A stretch of DNA of 64,000 bases from Octopus bimaculoides (Eukaryota), in the NCBI RefSeq assembly GCF_001194135.2, contig NC_068982.1, positions 137,199,103 through 137,263,102 on the forward strand, given 5' to 3'. This document shows positions 50,521 through 60,911 of the stretch, piece after piece. The notes beneath the pieces were generated by a model. It worked only from the letters and a program-made list of their open reading frames with translations. It was not told where the DNA came from and ran no database searches. Position 1 is the stretch's first letter, and the number at the start of each line of letters is the position of its first letter. Made by a program: the position numbers and the translations under genes.

Positions 50521-51519
50521 AAAATATAGAATTTTTCCAAAGCAGTTACTTTTCAACTTCGTTATTTTCCAAACTGCATTCATTCCTTCTATAAACGTGA
50601 TGCCTGCACTGTAATTCACTTGCAGGCTTCATTTTATTTTCTAAAGATTGTTTACTCATATGACACATCCAGAAATCTTTTTCCCTTTTTTTTTTTTTTT
50701 TTGGAACATATTTTTGCAACTGCTATGTTTGGTTAGATAAACAGATTTAGTCATGTTTTAGAGAAATACCTTTAGTCATAACTTACTGGTATTTATCCAA
50801 TTGCCCAAATCTTGTTTAACATTAAATCTGTTTTTAGCATAGTCTTGAAAGAAACAAACAAAAAGATCATCATTTCTCTTAAGAGAAATAAAACTGGAAA
50901 TCTTTTATGGAGCNNNNNNNNNNNNNNNNNNNNNNNNNNNNNNNNNNNNNNNNNNNNNNNNNNNNNNNNNNNNNNNNNNNNNNNNNNNNNNNNNNNNNNN
51001 NNNNNNNNNNNNNNNNNNNNNNNNNNNNNNNNNNNNNNNNNNNNNNNNNNNNNNNNNNNNNNNNNNNNNNNNNNNNNNNNNNNNNNNNNNNNNNNNNNNN
51101 NNNNNNNNNNNNNNNNNNNNNNNNNNNNNNNNNNNNNNNNNNNNNNNNNNNNNNNNNNNNNNNNNNNNNNNNNNNNNNNNNNNNNNNNNNNNNNNNNNNN
51201 NNNNNNNNNNNNNNNNNNNNNNNNNNNNNNNNNNNNNNNNNNNNNNNNNNNNNNNNNNNNNNNNNNNNNNNNNNNNNNNNNNNNNNNNNNNNNNNNNNNN
51301 NNNNNNNNNNNNNNNNNNNNNNNNNNNNNNNNNNNNNNNNNNNNNNNNNNNNNNNNNNNNNNNNNNNNNNNNNNNNNNNNNNNNNNNNNNNNNNNNNNNN
51401 NNNNNNNNNNNNNNNNNNNNNNNNNNNNNNNNNNNNNNNNNNNNNNNNNNNNNNNNNNNNNNNNNNNNNNNNNNNNNNNNNNNNNNNNNNNNNNNNNNAT
51501 ATATATATATATATATATA

Positions 51520-51685
51520 CACACGCACACACACAACGGGCTTCTTTCAAGATTCCGTCTATCAAATCCACTCACAAGGCTTTGGTCAGCCCAAGGCTAT
51601 AGTAGAAGACACTTGCCTAAAGTGCCACCCAGTGGGACTGAACCTGGAACTATGTGGTTGAGAAACAAGTGTCTTACCCCTTCCT
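51520..51685 (-). mobile_element. SINE family A head
   Basis: acgggcttctttcaag...ccactcacaaggctttggtc...gaagacacttgcc...gtgggactgaacc. Confidence 0.85.
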
Positions 51686-51786
51686 GTTAAAAGACTGCAT
51701 TCTGTTTTCTTGATATATAACAGCTAAACATTGAAACAATTTAAATGTTGAAAGTTTAGCAACAAAATTTAGCCCAATGAATTATC

Positions 51787-52260
51787 ATTATTTAATGTCC
51801 ATGTCCTGTGCTGGCATGGGCTGGACAGTTTGACAGGATCCAATGGGCTCAAGGCCTGCATTGTGTTCCAGTATCTGTTTAGTATGGTTTCTATGGCTGG
51901 ATGCCCTCCCGTAATGCAAACCACTTTACAGCATGCATTGAGTACTCTTTTTTGTGCCACCAGCACAATTAAGGTTACCATGCAGACTTTGGACCCTGAC
52001 CAAAAGGGGTAAGTTTATGCTAGAAGAATAAGTAGAGGGTATATAGTACGAGAGAAAGGGCCAGAGTAGAAGAGGTTTCTTGCAGTAAAGGGGCTACATG
52101 ACTCCTCATATTTTAGAAGAGAGGGTGGAGTGAAGCTGGGAAGTGATGAGAAAAGGGGGTGAAGAGGTGTCAGAGTGGACCTTCAAGGAATAAGTGGGGC
52201 AGGGGTGCCAGGAGTGAGTTGGGGGAATAGAAGATGTATGATAGTGCAGGGCAGCAAAAT
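51787..52260 (-). mobile_element. RTE-tail-bearing element, second subfamily, with purine-rich 5' part
   Basis: tttaatgtccatgtcc...gcatgggctggacagtttgac...ggctggatgccctccc, then a GA-rich segment. Confidence 0.6.
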
Positions 52261-53629
52261 AGAAATGGTAATAAAGTTTGTAATAAATATGAGGGAAAAA
52301 TGAAACAACTTCATTTACAGTTTCACATTTTCACAATTGTAGGGGCTATAAAAAAAAAACCTTAAAAAATAAAACACAGAGACAACCTCATTATTTTCCG
52401 CAGTGTATTACTTCCTTGTGTAACTGTGATGCTTGTTCTATAATTCACTTCTTTGCTTTTTTCTAAAAAATTTCAAGAGATTGTTTGTTCATATGACTCT
52501 TCCATAAATCTCCATCTCTGAATTGCAACATGTGGTTACATAAATAGGTTTAGTCATGTTATTGTACCCTTTAGTGTTGCTGTTATTAGGTAATCTCTTT
52601 CTGTTCCTGCTACTAAGAGACAGCTGTTTGAGTCTTTTGCAAAGAAGCCAACATACTTAATCTAAGCTTGTTCAGTTTTGCGAAATATCTAAATGCTGCT
52701 GGTTAACTATTCTTTTATTATTGTTATTATTCAACTGGTGCTTCTTTTCATCAGTTTAATAAAATAATTTAGAGATGGATTTCATCTTTAAGAAAGCAAA
52801 ACTCTGATGTGTTATATAACAGTCTAATTTTATCTTTTTCTTGTTTGATGCATCATCCTTAATGGCAGAAATGTTTACATTATTCAGCAGCCTTACTCAT
52901 CACACTAGTGTACAAACTGCTTCTCTCTAATCTGGAAGCGCCCTGCATAGTGTAGCAGAATTATCATGACATACGAATAACAAACAACCCATTTAATCTG
53001 TTGTTAAATACATGATAACAGTAGTTATAACAATTACACAGTTTTCAAGAAATGAACTTAACATGGGTTATGATGGGAGAAATTAAACTTTCCTTTACTC
53101 AGCATGGTTTCAATCAAATTTTCTTGCAGAGACTGAAACAACCAACCAGTATTTAGATTTTACCTAAGAAAGCTTTCTATGTAAACCGGTTATTTTGAAT
53201 AGGGTGAGGGGGTCCAGCCTTCTATAATCTTCAACAGTGGAAAGGCATTTATCAGAAACATTCTCTGTAACTTGAGACATGAAATTCCTATAAAATAATC
53301 AAGCTGCTAAAAAAACGAAACAAAACAAAAATGTGTAAATAGGTGTCCTGAAGAATTGTGAACAGAAAACTGTTGATATCATGACAGGTGTTTAAGAGAG
53401 GTGTTTGCTATGAGCATTTTTGTCTGCAGAGGATACTGGTATGACAAAGATCTTCATCAACAAAAATAAAAAGTAATTGAATCCAATGTAGTTAAGTTTA
53501 TAATCTGGAATATGCAGATTATTGACAAGCAGAAGACTCATCTGATTTTATCACAGTCTGATTCTGGACTTCAGTAAAAATAGGACAAACACAATAAAAA
53601 CTGCTGTTCTCATCAAACTGAAAAATTCT

Positions 53630-53810
53630 ATCAGAAAGGTTAGCAGTTTTTCTTCTGACTTGATGCTCTGAGTTCAAATTCCACCAGGGTCAACTTTGTT
53701 TTGCATCCTTTTGGGGTTGATAAAATAAGTACCAATTGAGCAGTGGGGTTGATGTAACCAACTTGTGCCCTTCCCCACAATTGCTGGCCTTGTGCTAAAA
53801 TTTGAAGCCA
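53630..53810 (+). mobile_element. tRNA-derived SINE (family C)
   Basis: ctgagttcaaattccaccagggtcaactttg...ttgctggccttgtgctaaaatttgaa. Confidence 0.8.
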
Positions 53811-54596
53811 ATATTTTTTTTCAACTTCAGAATATCTAGATCTCTAAGTTACTAAATTATTAACATGAGTATATCATATCACTGTTATATAGTACAGTCA
53901 TGGAAGAGATGCAATTAATATTTTTTCTCTTCTTTTTTCCCCTGTTCTTTTCTGCCTTGCAAGTTGCTTGGCAACTTCACTAGTATCAATAACATGAAGA
54001 AAACATTAGGTGCACACTCTGAAATAGTTGGTGTTAGGCAAGGTACTTAGCTGTAGAAGCCATGCCAAAGTTGATGCTGGCAATCAGTACAATGTTGCAG
54101 CATGCTGCATCCTGTCAAATCATCCTAACCTTGCCAGCATGGAAAATGGGTTTTAAATGATGACGATGAAGTCTGTTGGTTAGAGACCATTAGGGACAAA
54201 GATCTCCAACAAAAGATCCAAGTGTTCCATGATAAAGGAAGATCCTAACTTTTGCTCTGTTATACCAGCATCTGATATTGCTAGAAGGGCGTTGTTAAGT
54301 GGAATGCAAGAAATGCATAAAAGAGATCTAATTAAAAGTGAGAGTTTACTTAGCAACAGCTGGAGAGTCATACATTACCACAGGCACTGGACTATTGGTG
54401 TTAATGGCTTAAATTACAGCAAAAGCAATAATCAAAATAAAAATGCAAGATCGTTTATCCTTTGGCTTGCTAAAAAAAAAAGAAAAGACCCTCTACAGAA
54501 CTTCTAGATAACTAAAATTTCTTTAATTTCAGTTATTGAAGTGGAATTATAATGAGCAATTAAAATTCTGAATTATGAGCTAATAATTTCATTGAT

Positions 54597-54871
54597 AGTG
54601 CTGCCTGACTGGCTCCCATGCTGGTGGCATGTAAAAAGCACCATTCAAGCGTGGTCGATGCCAGTACCGCCTGACTGGCCCTCATGCTGGTGGCACGTAA
54701 AAAGCATCCACTACACTCTCAGAGTGGTTGGCATTAGGAAGGGCATACAGCTGTAGAAACTCTGCCAGATCAGATTGGAGCCTGGTGCAGCGTTCTGGCT
54801 TGCCAGCCCTCAGTCAAACTGTCCAACACATGCCAGCATGGAAAGCAGACGTTAAACGATGAAGATGATGA
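54597..54871 (+). mobile_element. RTE 3' UTR copy
   Basis: Minisatellite units, conserved block and gatgaagatgatga tail. Confidence 0.88.
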
Positions 54872-55708
54872 TTATCATGTCAGACTGAACTTATGAATTT
54901 GATAGCAAGTAGTTTAGAAACTGAGAAAATATTTCATTCTATGATGACGTTTCACATAATTTATTTATGAAATATTACTATAAACACTTCCTATCTGAAG
55001 CCAGATAATTTTCTGTTTAGATTCTTTTGATACCTGCTCTGTAAGATTTATCGTTTGCATAAATAGTATTCACTGCATTGGGATTATGTTGGATACATAC
55101 CCTAACGAAGATTTGTAATGACAGAATTAACGCGTTAGTTACACTGGAAATTCCTGTTATGTTTTTCAGTAAAATTAATCTTGTTATTATATTAATTAAG
55201 CATTGCCTATTAATTACTTCCAGTTTCTATAGTTGTGCATTAATACACCAGTTAATTATACCATTGTTGGCTGTTTGATATAGTCAACAAGCTTGTGTGT
55301 ACACTTCATTTAACAATGCACATTAAAATCAAATTATATTAAATTAAGTTAAAATCTTCTTTCATAATACTATGTGTATGGTTTACATTCTGAAGCTGTT
55401 ATTTTAGACCTCTTTTTTTATCCAGGTCTACAACCAACTAATAATTTTGTAGATTTTCGTGTTAAAAGAATGCCTTTTAGAATATTGGAGATATCTGATG
55501 AAATCTTGCAAAGTCTCTACTAGATAACTTTGTCAAAATCACAGCTTTATGTTAATTTCTATGAATTATACAGCAGATATGCAAGAAATATTTTGAGTTG
55601 AATATTTAAGAGATAACACATTTAAATTTCAAAAATTTATGATCTGACTTAAGTCATAAAAGAGAACATTTTGAAATGGTTTTAAAGCTCATTAACAGAT
55701 ATCATTAA

Positions 55709-55925
55709 CCCTCTCGTTACCAAACCGGCTGAAACTGGCTCTGACTCTGAGTACTGATGTCTTATTTTCATAAGTTCTGAATTAAAATCTTCCAAACTTT
55801 AGTCACAATTTATATTCCTAACACTAGCTTAATGATAACTAAGTTATTTTACTAAATTCCTTATTATATTTAAAGTAATTGAAAGGAACACAAAGCATCT
55901 CAAAATAAATACAGTAACGTAAAGG
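55709..55925. mobile_element. piggyBac-type MITE (opposite orientation to the 5243 copy)
   Basis: TTAA at 55705-55708 and 55926-55929; TIR ccctctcgttac / gtaacgtaaagg. Confidence 0.88.
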
Positions 55926-55943
55926 TTAAAGAGTGGACATTAA

Positions 55944-56028
55944 CCCTTTCATTACCAACCCGGCTGAAACCAACTCTATAGTACAAATGTCAAATGAGCA
56001 TCTCAAAATAAATGCAGTAATGAAAGGT
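55944..56028. mobile_element. 85-bp internally deleted copy of the same MITE
   Basis: TTAA at 55940-55943 and 56029-56032; ccctttcattac...gtaatgaaagg. Confidence 0.8.
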
Positions 56029-56059
56029 TTAAAAAAAGAATCTCATTTACCTAATTTGT

Positions 56060-56372
56060 GACTTCATAGTTAGAATATTTGGCTCACAATCACAGTCATG
56101 AATTCAATTCCTGGCAGCGCTTTTTGTCCTTGAGCAAGACACTTTATTTCACATTGCTCCAGTCCACTCAGCTGGCAAAAATAAATAGTACCTGTACTTG
56201 AAAGGATCAGGCTTGTCACATTCTGTGTCCTACTGAATCTCTTTGAGAACTATTAAGGTTACACACATCTGTGGAGTGCTTGGTCACTTGAATGTTTAAT
56301 CTCATGAGCAGACTGTTTCATTGATCAGATCAACTAGAACACTTGCCATCATAACCAACAGAGTGCCAGTTA
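56060..56372 (+). mobile_element. SINE family D, older copy
   Basis: ctgtggagtgcttggtcacttg...gatcagatcaactagaacac...aaccaacagagtgccag matches the reverse complement of 44498-44600. Confidence 0.75.
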
Positions 56373-56457
56373 TTTAGATGTGTTTTATATATATATATAT
56401 ATATATATACATTCTTGTCAGAAAACTAAACATTTTTACTTCCTTTTTTCTCTCCAG

Positions 56458-56586
56458 ATATCCGTATGGAAGACTTTTTGTATGAGAAAGTTGATAAAAA
56501 GAAGAGAGACAGGTATACAAATGCTGAACAGTTGGGTCAAGTAATGATCGACTCTGGGAACGACTATGGTCCAGGAACTGCTTATG
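56458..56586 (+). CDS. SH3GLB1: Endophilin-B (SH3GLB1-like) internal coding exon (exon 3 equivalent), phase 1 to phase 1
   Basis: Acceptor tccttttttctctccag|, donor |gtaaat. In frame with the previous exon (a+at=Asn): NIRMEDFLYEKVDKKKRDRYTNAEQLGQVMIDSGNDYGPGTAY(G), matching endophilin-B1 NARIEEFVYEKLDRK...ELLGQYMIDAGTEFGPGTAYG. Length 129 nt. Confidence 0.97.
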
Positions 56587-56601
56587 GTAAATTTAACTTC
56601 T

Positions 56602-56635
<34 letters not shown>

Positions 56636-56827
56636 ATTTGAAACTGATTTTTGTTCTTTCTCCAGGTAATTCTTTTGTTCCTCAGAGACCTCAAAAAAAA
56701 AAAGAAAGGAGAAAAATAAGAAAAACAAGCATAAGTACAACCCTTTCTAAACATATAAGTTACAATCCATTTTGATATTATCATGAGATAATAATATAGA
56801 TTATTCATGTATCTCATATTATGGCTT

Positions 56828-56990
56828 CAGTGAGTTGACAGAATCATTAGAACATTCTGCCAAGGTTAACTTTGCTTTTCATCCCTTCAGGGTTGATAAA
56901 ATAGAGTATGAGTCAAATATTGAGATAACCAATGGTATTGAGTAACCCCTTCTCCTCAAAACTGTTATCCATATGCCTAAATCAGAAACC
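56828..56990 (+). mobile_element. SINE family C, diverged and partly deleted
   Basis: ttgacagaatcattag, ttaactttgcttttcatccc, ggttgataaaat. Confidence 0.6.
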
Positions 56991-57084
56991 CTATTACAGC
57001 TTCCAGTTCAAATCTCATGTTATCATCCTCATCAACCCTTGGACTTTATGGCCTTGAGCCCTAAAACTTTATGGCCTCAAGCCC

Positions 57085-57312
57085 TAGAACTTACAGGGCC
57101 AGATGCTCAATTTCCATGGTGTATAAGTGACTGATAACTCAACATTCCCCTTGAATGGGACACCAGTCCCTCAAAGGGTTATTCATTTGTAACCGAGTTG
57201 ACTGAAACAATGTGAAATGAAGTGTTTTGCTCAAGATCACAATGTACCAGCCATTCTGGGAATTGAAATCACAGTCTTGCAATCATGAGTGCAACACCCT
57301 AACAACTAACCC
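57085..57312 (-). mobile_element. Old tRNA-derived SINE (further family)
   Basis: Minus strand gttagggtgttgcactcatgattgcaagactgtgatttcaattcccag (tRNA-like), then cttgagcaaaacactt and accc...gggactggtgtcccattcaagggg. Confidence 0.55.
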
Positions 57313-57692
57313 ACTGATTAACTAGGGGCCACTTAAAAAGTCACTCGACTGGTTTTCTATAGACCTCTTTAAGCATGAAATCTAAAACTTTGACAGGAGA
57401 AAATATGAGTCCTGGTATTTCTGATCGGCCTATTATCATAAGAGATGTAAATTAAAGTGTAATAATATTATATTGTATGCTCTGTTGTTATATTATGCAG
57501 AAATAAAAATGCATGCTAAATTAACTGTCAATCAGTTGCAGTGCAGTGTGTTTCGTCGTCTTGAAGTGAGAGTAACATCAACATTTGTCTAGTTGCTTGG
57601 TTTATTTATAAATACTTCATACATATCTATCAAAATATTCCACTGGTTATCGTTAAGTAAATCCAAATTGTGAGCCTATAAAATGGAGCAAG

Positions 57693-58258
57693 TCATCATC
57701 ATCATCATCATCATTTAATGTCCGTTCTCCATGCTGGCATGGGTTTGACAGTTTGATTGGGCTGGCATGCTGGAAGGCTGAACCAGACTCCAGTCTGATT
57801 TGGCATGTTTTTCTATGGCTGGATACCCTTCTTAATGCCAGCCACTCTGAGAGTATAATGAGTGCTTTTACATGCCACTGGCACAGGTGCCATTTGCTTG
57901 ACATCGGGGTGCGTTTGCGTGCCATCGGTATCTGCCACCACTGCGATTTTGCTTGACTTGATGGATCTTCTTCCCAAGCACAACATAATGCCAAAGGTCT
58001 TGATCATTGCCACTGTGAGGCCCAACACTCGAAAGGAACTCAGCCACTTTGCCTCTGTAAGGCCCAATGTTCAAAAGGAACTCAGCCACTTTGCCTCTGT
58101 CAGGCCCAAAGATCTTTTCTTTGAACATTGGGCCTGATGGAGGTACTCATCCACTTTGTCTCCGTCAGGTCCAATGTTCGAAGGGAACTCATCCACTTTG
58201 CCTCTGTCAGGCCCAACGCTCGAGGAGAACTCATCCACTTTGGCTCTGTCAGGCCCAA
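57693..58258 (-). mobile_element. Non-autonomous RTE derivative with 42-bp array (second copy)
   Basis: Same architecture as 39741-40216. Minus-strand peptide relic NDQDLWHYVVLGKK next to the array. Confidence 0.82.
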
Positions 58259-58624
58259 ACCTGATTTCCCAGTAAGCCAAGTCTAATAAGTTTATACGAG
58301 TTAGAGTTGTTTCATTTCTCTTAGGCTGATACTAATTCCACTCCATTACTCTCCATGAAATTTCTGGTTGTGCAGTAAGCCCCAATCTGGCACCAATAGA
58401 ACTGGTGGAGGGTTTACAGATAACTGAATTTTCCACATATCTGATCACTCATTGAATAACCAAAGCACATTACAAAACTCATAAAAACTCTATATAGGCA
58501 TCAGCATTATCATTTGTATTTCAAATAATGTAAAAATGAGAGAAATATTAAATAAAAGCATAATTTAAATAGAGATTGATCTAATCCTTTCTACTATAGG
58601 CACAAGTCCTGAAATTTTGGGGGA

Positions 58625-58943
58625 CCGCTCAGATGGTGCTGTTAGCACTCTACTGGCACGGGTGCCGGTCATTGAATTTGATTCAGTTTCGATCTCACTT
58701 GCCCCAACAGGTCTTCACAAGCTGAGTTTAGTGTCCAATGAAGGAAGGTTGGCATGGGTGTCAGTTGTCAAATTTGGTTCAATTTTCGATTTCGCTTGCT
58801 TCACCAGGTCTTCACAAGCAGGATTTTGTGTCCAAAGAAGGAAAGGTATGCATAAGTGGGCTGGCTACACCCTTGGTAAAGGCCACGGGTTATGGTCTCA
58901 CTTGTCTTGCCGGGTCTTCTCACGCACAGCATATTTCCAAAGG
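58625..58943 (-). mobile_element. RTE ORF end plus proximal 3' UTR
   Basis: Minus strand (g)ac ctt tgg aaa tat gct gtg cgt gag aag acc cgg caa gac aag TGA = DLWKYAVREKTRQDK* (stop at 58898-58900), followed by two roughly 90-bp imperfect UTR repeats. The same sequence occurs at about 27250-27371. Confidence 0.8.
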
Positions 58944-59149
58944 TATATATATATACCTGGAACTCAATATAAATATGCTTCAGAATGAATCATCAGTCGA
59001 ATACAGAGCAGTAATAAGAGATTAGGATGGGCAAAGTAAAAAACAATTAATAAACTTGTAATAATTAATAAACTTCATTAGCTTACTACTGTTTCTGCTA
59101 TAAGGTGGAATACACTCATAACATAATTCTTTATTATTTTGTCATCCTA

Positions 59150-59215
59150 ATTTGTATATATATATATATATATATATAGATAGATAGATAGATAGATAGA
59201 TGGCTAGATAGACAG
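59150..59215. repeat. (TA)n-(GATA)n compound microsatellite
   Basis: Directly visible. Confidence 0.9.
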
Positions 59216-60067
59216 ACCAATAGGTAGACTGATAGATTGATCAGAGCATTATTGTAGATAGCAACTACAAGGTTGCTTAAAAGAAAGAGACAGGAGAATT
59301 CCTTTGGACTATAACCCTGACCGGTCTAAAGGTTTCAATATCTGTTTATGAATATTGACATTTCAATTACAAATTAAGCACCTGGTTAAAATTACTAAAA
59401 GATGTTGTATGTTTCCTAATACTTTAACTCAAATAAATTGGATTTAGGGAATTTAAATAGGAAATATAAAAATATTGATGGTTCAGATATTTCATTTCTC
59501 CATGTTGGTTACTGGACTATTATTTTTTCTTGATAAATATAGCTTTTTATTTAGTTTAGGTTGAAAACCATCTAATAATGTTTTATGACATTACAAATTT
59601 GCATTATGCAGTTATTATAAACATTATAATGCTTAATGTCTAATACCATATTCAATGAAATAAAATTATTATTGATAATGTTATTCCGTTGTCATTGATG
59701 TAAATATCTCGTGTTTGCATGCACATTCACGGATGTACTTTTTTTTTTTTTTTTTTTTTTTTTTGTATACATGCATGTATTAAATCTGTATGTTTACATG
59801 TATAGTTCATCAAATGCACGTACGTATGTAGTCAATGAGAAGGTGTTTAATAATGCTGCTAATGTAGTTTGAAAGTGTCATGTGAGCATTTCTAAATCTG
59901 AAGAGAAAGAGGATTAAATGTTATTCCCAGGCACTGAAGAAGTGAGTTAGTATGAATGAGTTTCATTGGACCTGGTAGTCTCTGCCTAATGGTTGTATGG
60001 AAATTTATCCAATTAGTGCCACCTTACTGTAAGGTTAACCATTAACACAGTGTAAGGTGTGACAATT

Positions 60068-60911
60068 TATTATTATTATTCAGTAGTCTTATTTTTATCA
60101 CGTGCTTTCACTGCTCTACCAAGCGCAGTTGTGTGTGCCTTGGGTATGTGCTGTGGTTTGCTGTGATGCTCTTATGGTTACTGTATTGAAAGTGTTTTGT
60201 GTAGGATGTGTGCAGTGCCCAGTAGTGCAATTTTCTGTATGTTATATATATTTATAAGTCCTGGTGTTTTTGTTATGTATTTGTCTGAATATTTTTTTAT
60301 TATACCTAAGGCACCTACTATGATAGGAATTGTTTCTGTTTTTAGATTCCACATTCGAGTTCCCTCTATTTCCAGGTCTTTGTATTTTGAAAGTTTCTCC
60401 ATTTCTTTTAGGGAAACGTTGTCATCTGCTGGTATTGATACATCAATTAGAAAGCATTTTTTTCTTCATGATCTTTGACAACTATATCTGTTCTATTTGC
60501 CTTAATTTCTCTATCTGTGTGTATTGGCATATCCCAGAGTATGGTTGCTTTCTCGTTTTCTGTGACCTTTTCTGGCGTGTTTATACCATCTTTTTTCTGT
60601 TGTTATTTCATAGTGTTGGCATAGCTTCCAGTGTATATAGGTCCCAGCTCTGTCGTGTCTGTGAATATATTCCTTCTTAGCCAGGACTGGGCAGCCAGAA
60701 ATATGATTTATTGTTTCTTGTCCATCTCCACATATTCTACAGTTACTTGTTATGTTTCTTTTCATTACATGTTTTGATAATTTCTGGTGGGTGGGGGCTT
60801 TGATCTTGTGCTGCAATTAAAAATCCTTTGGTCTCTGCTTTGAGTCCTGAGTTTCTCAACCATTCTTGGGATTTTGCTTTGTCTATTTCTTTTCTGTTTA
60901 GTTTAATCCAG
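60068..60911 (-). mobile_element. R4/Dong-like non-LTR retrotransposon 3' fragment (restriction-like endonuclease), younger copy
   Basis: CRICGDGQETINHISGCPVLAKKEYIHRHD (CCHC knuckle), LWDMPIHTDREIKANRTDIVVKD, FLIDVSIPADDNVSLKEMEKLSKYKDLEIE, IPIIVGALG, LLGTAHIL. 3' UTR ends in (AAT)n. Confidence 0.92.

Larger units (their letters stand above)
1465..51498. other. Assembly gaps (N runs) at 1465-1566, 12390-13062, 16174-16183, 20926-21294, 22738-23224, 24461-25083, 25794-26570, 35034-35043, 49201-49210 and 50914-51498
   Basis: Runs of n, mostly abutting (TA)n, (CA)n or poly-G. Confidence 0.99.
42706..56457 (+). other. GT-AG intron (13.75 kb) between the two endophilin-B exons
   Basis: Begins gtaagt and ends ctccag. 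Reading frame is continuous across the junction. Confidence 0.9.

Noticed and set aside
12277-51690. Long ORFs of 150-314 aa in the supplied track
   Set aside because: They are open only because they run through N gaps.
60020-60059. Imperfect hairpin caccttac...gtaaggtg next to the R4/Dong 3' end
   Set aside because: Short, AT-rich and bulged. Too small for a pre-miRNA, and there is no evidence that it belongs to the element.
60178-60816. ORFs MEKLSKYKDLEIE... and ...CRICGDGQETINH... as host genes
   Set aside because: Frameshifted pieces of an R4/Dong retrotransposon.
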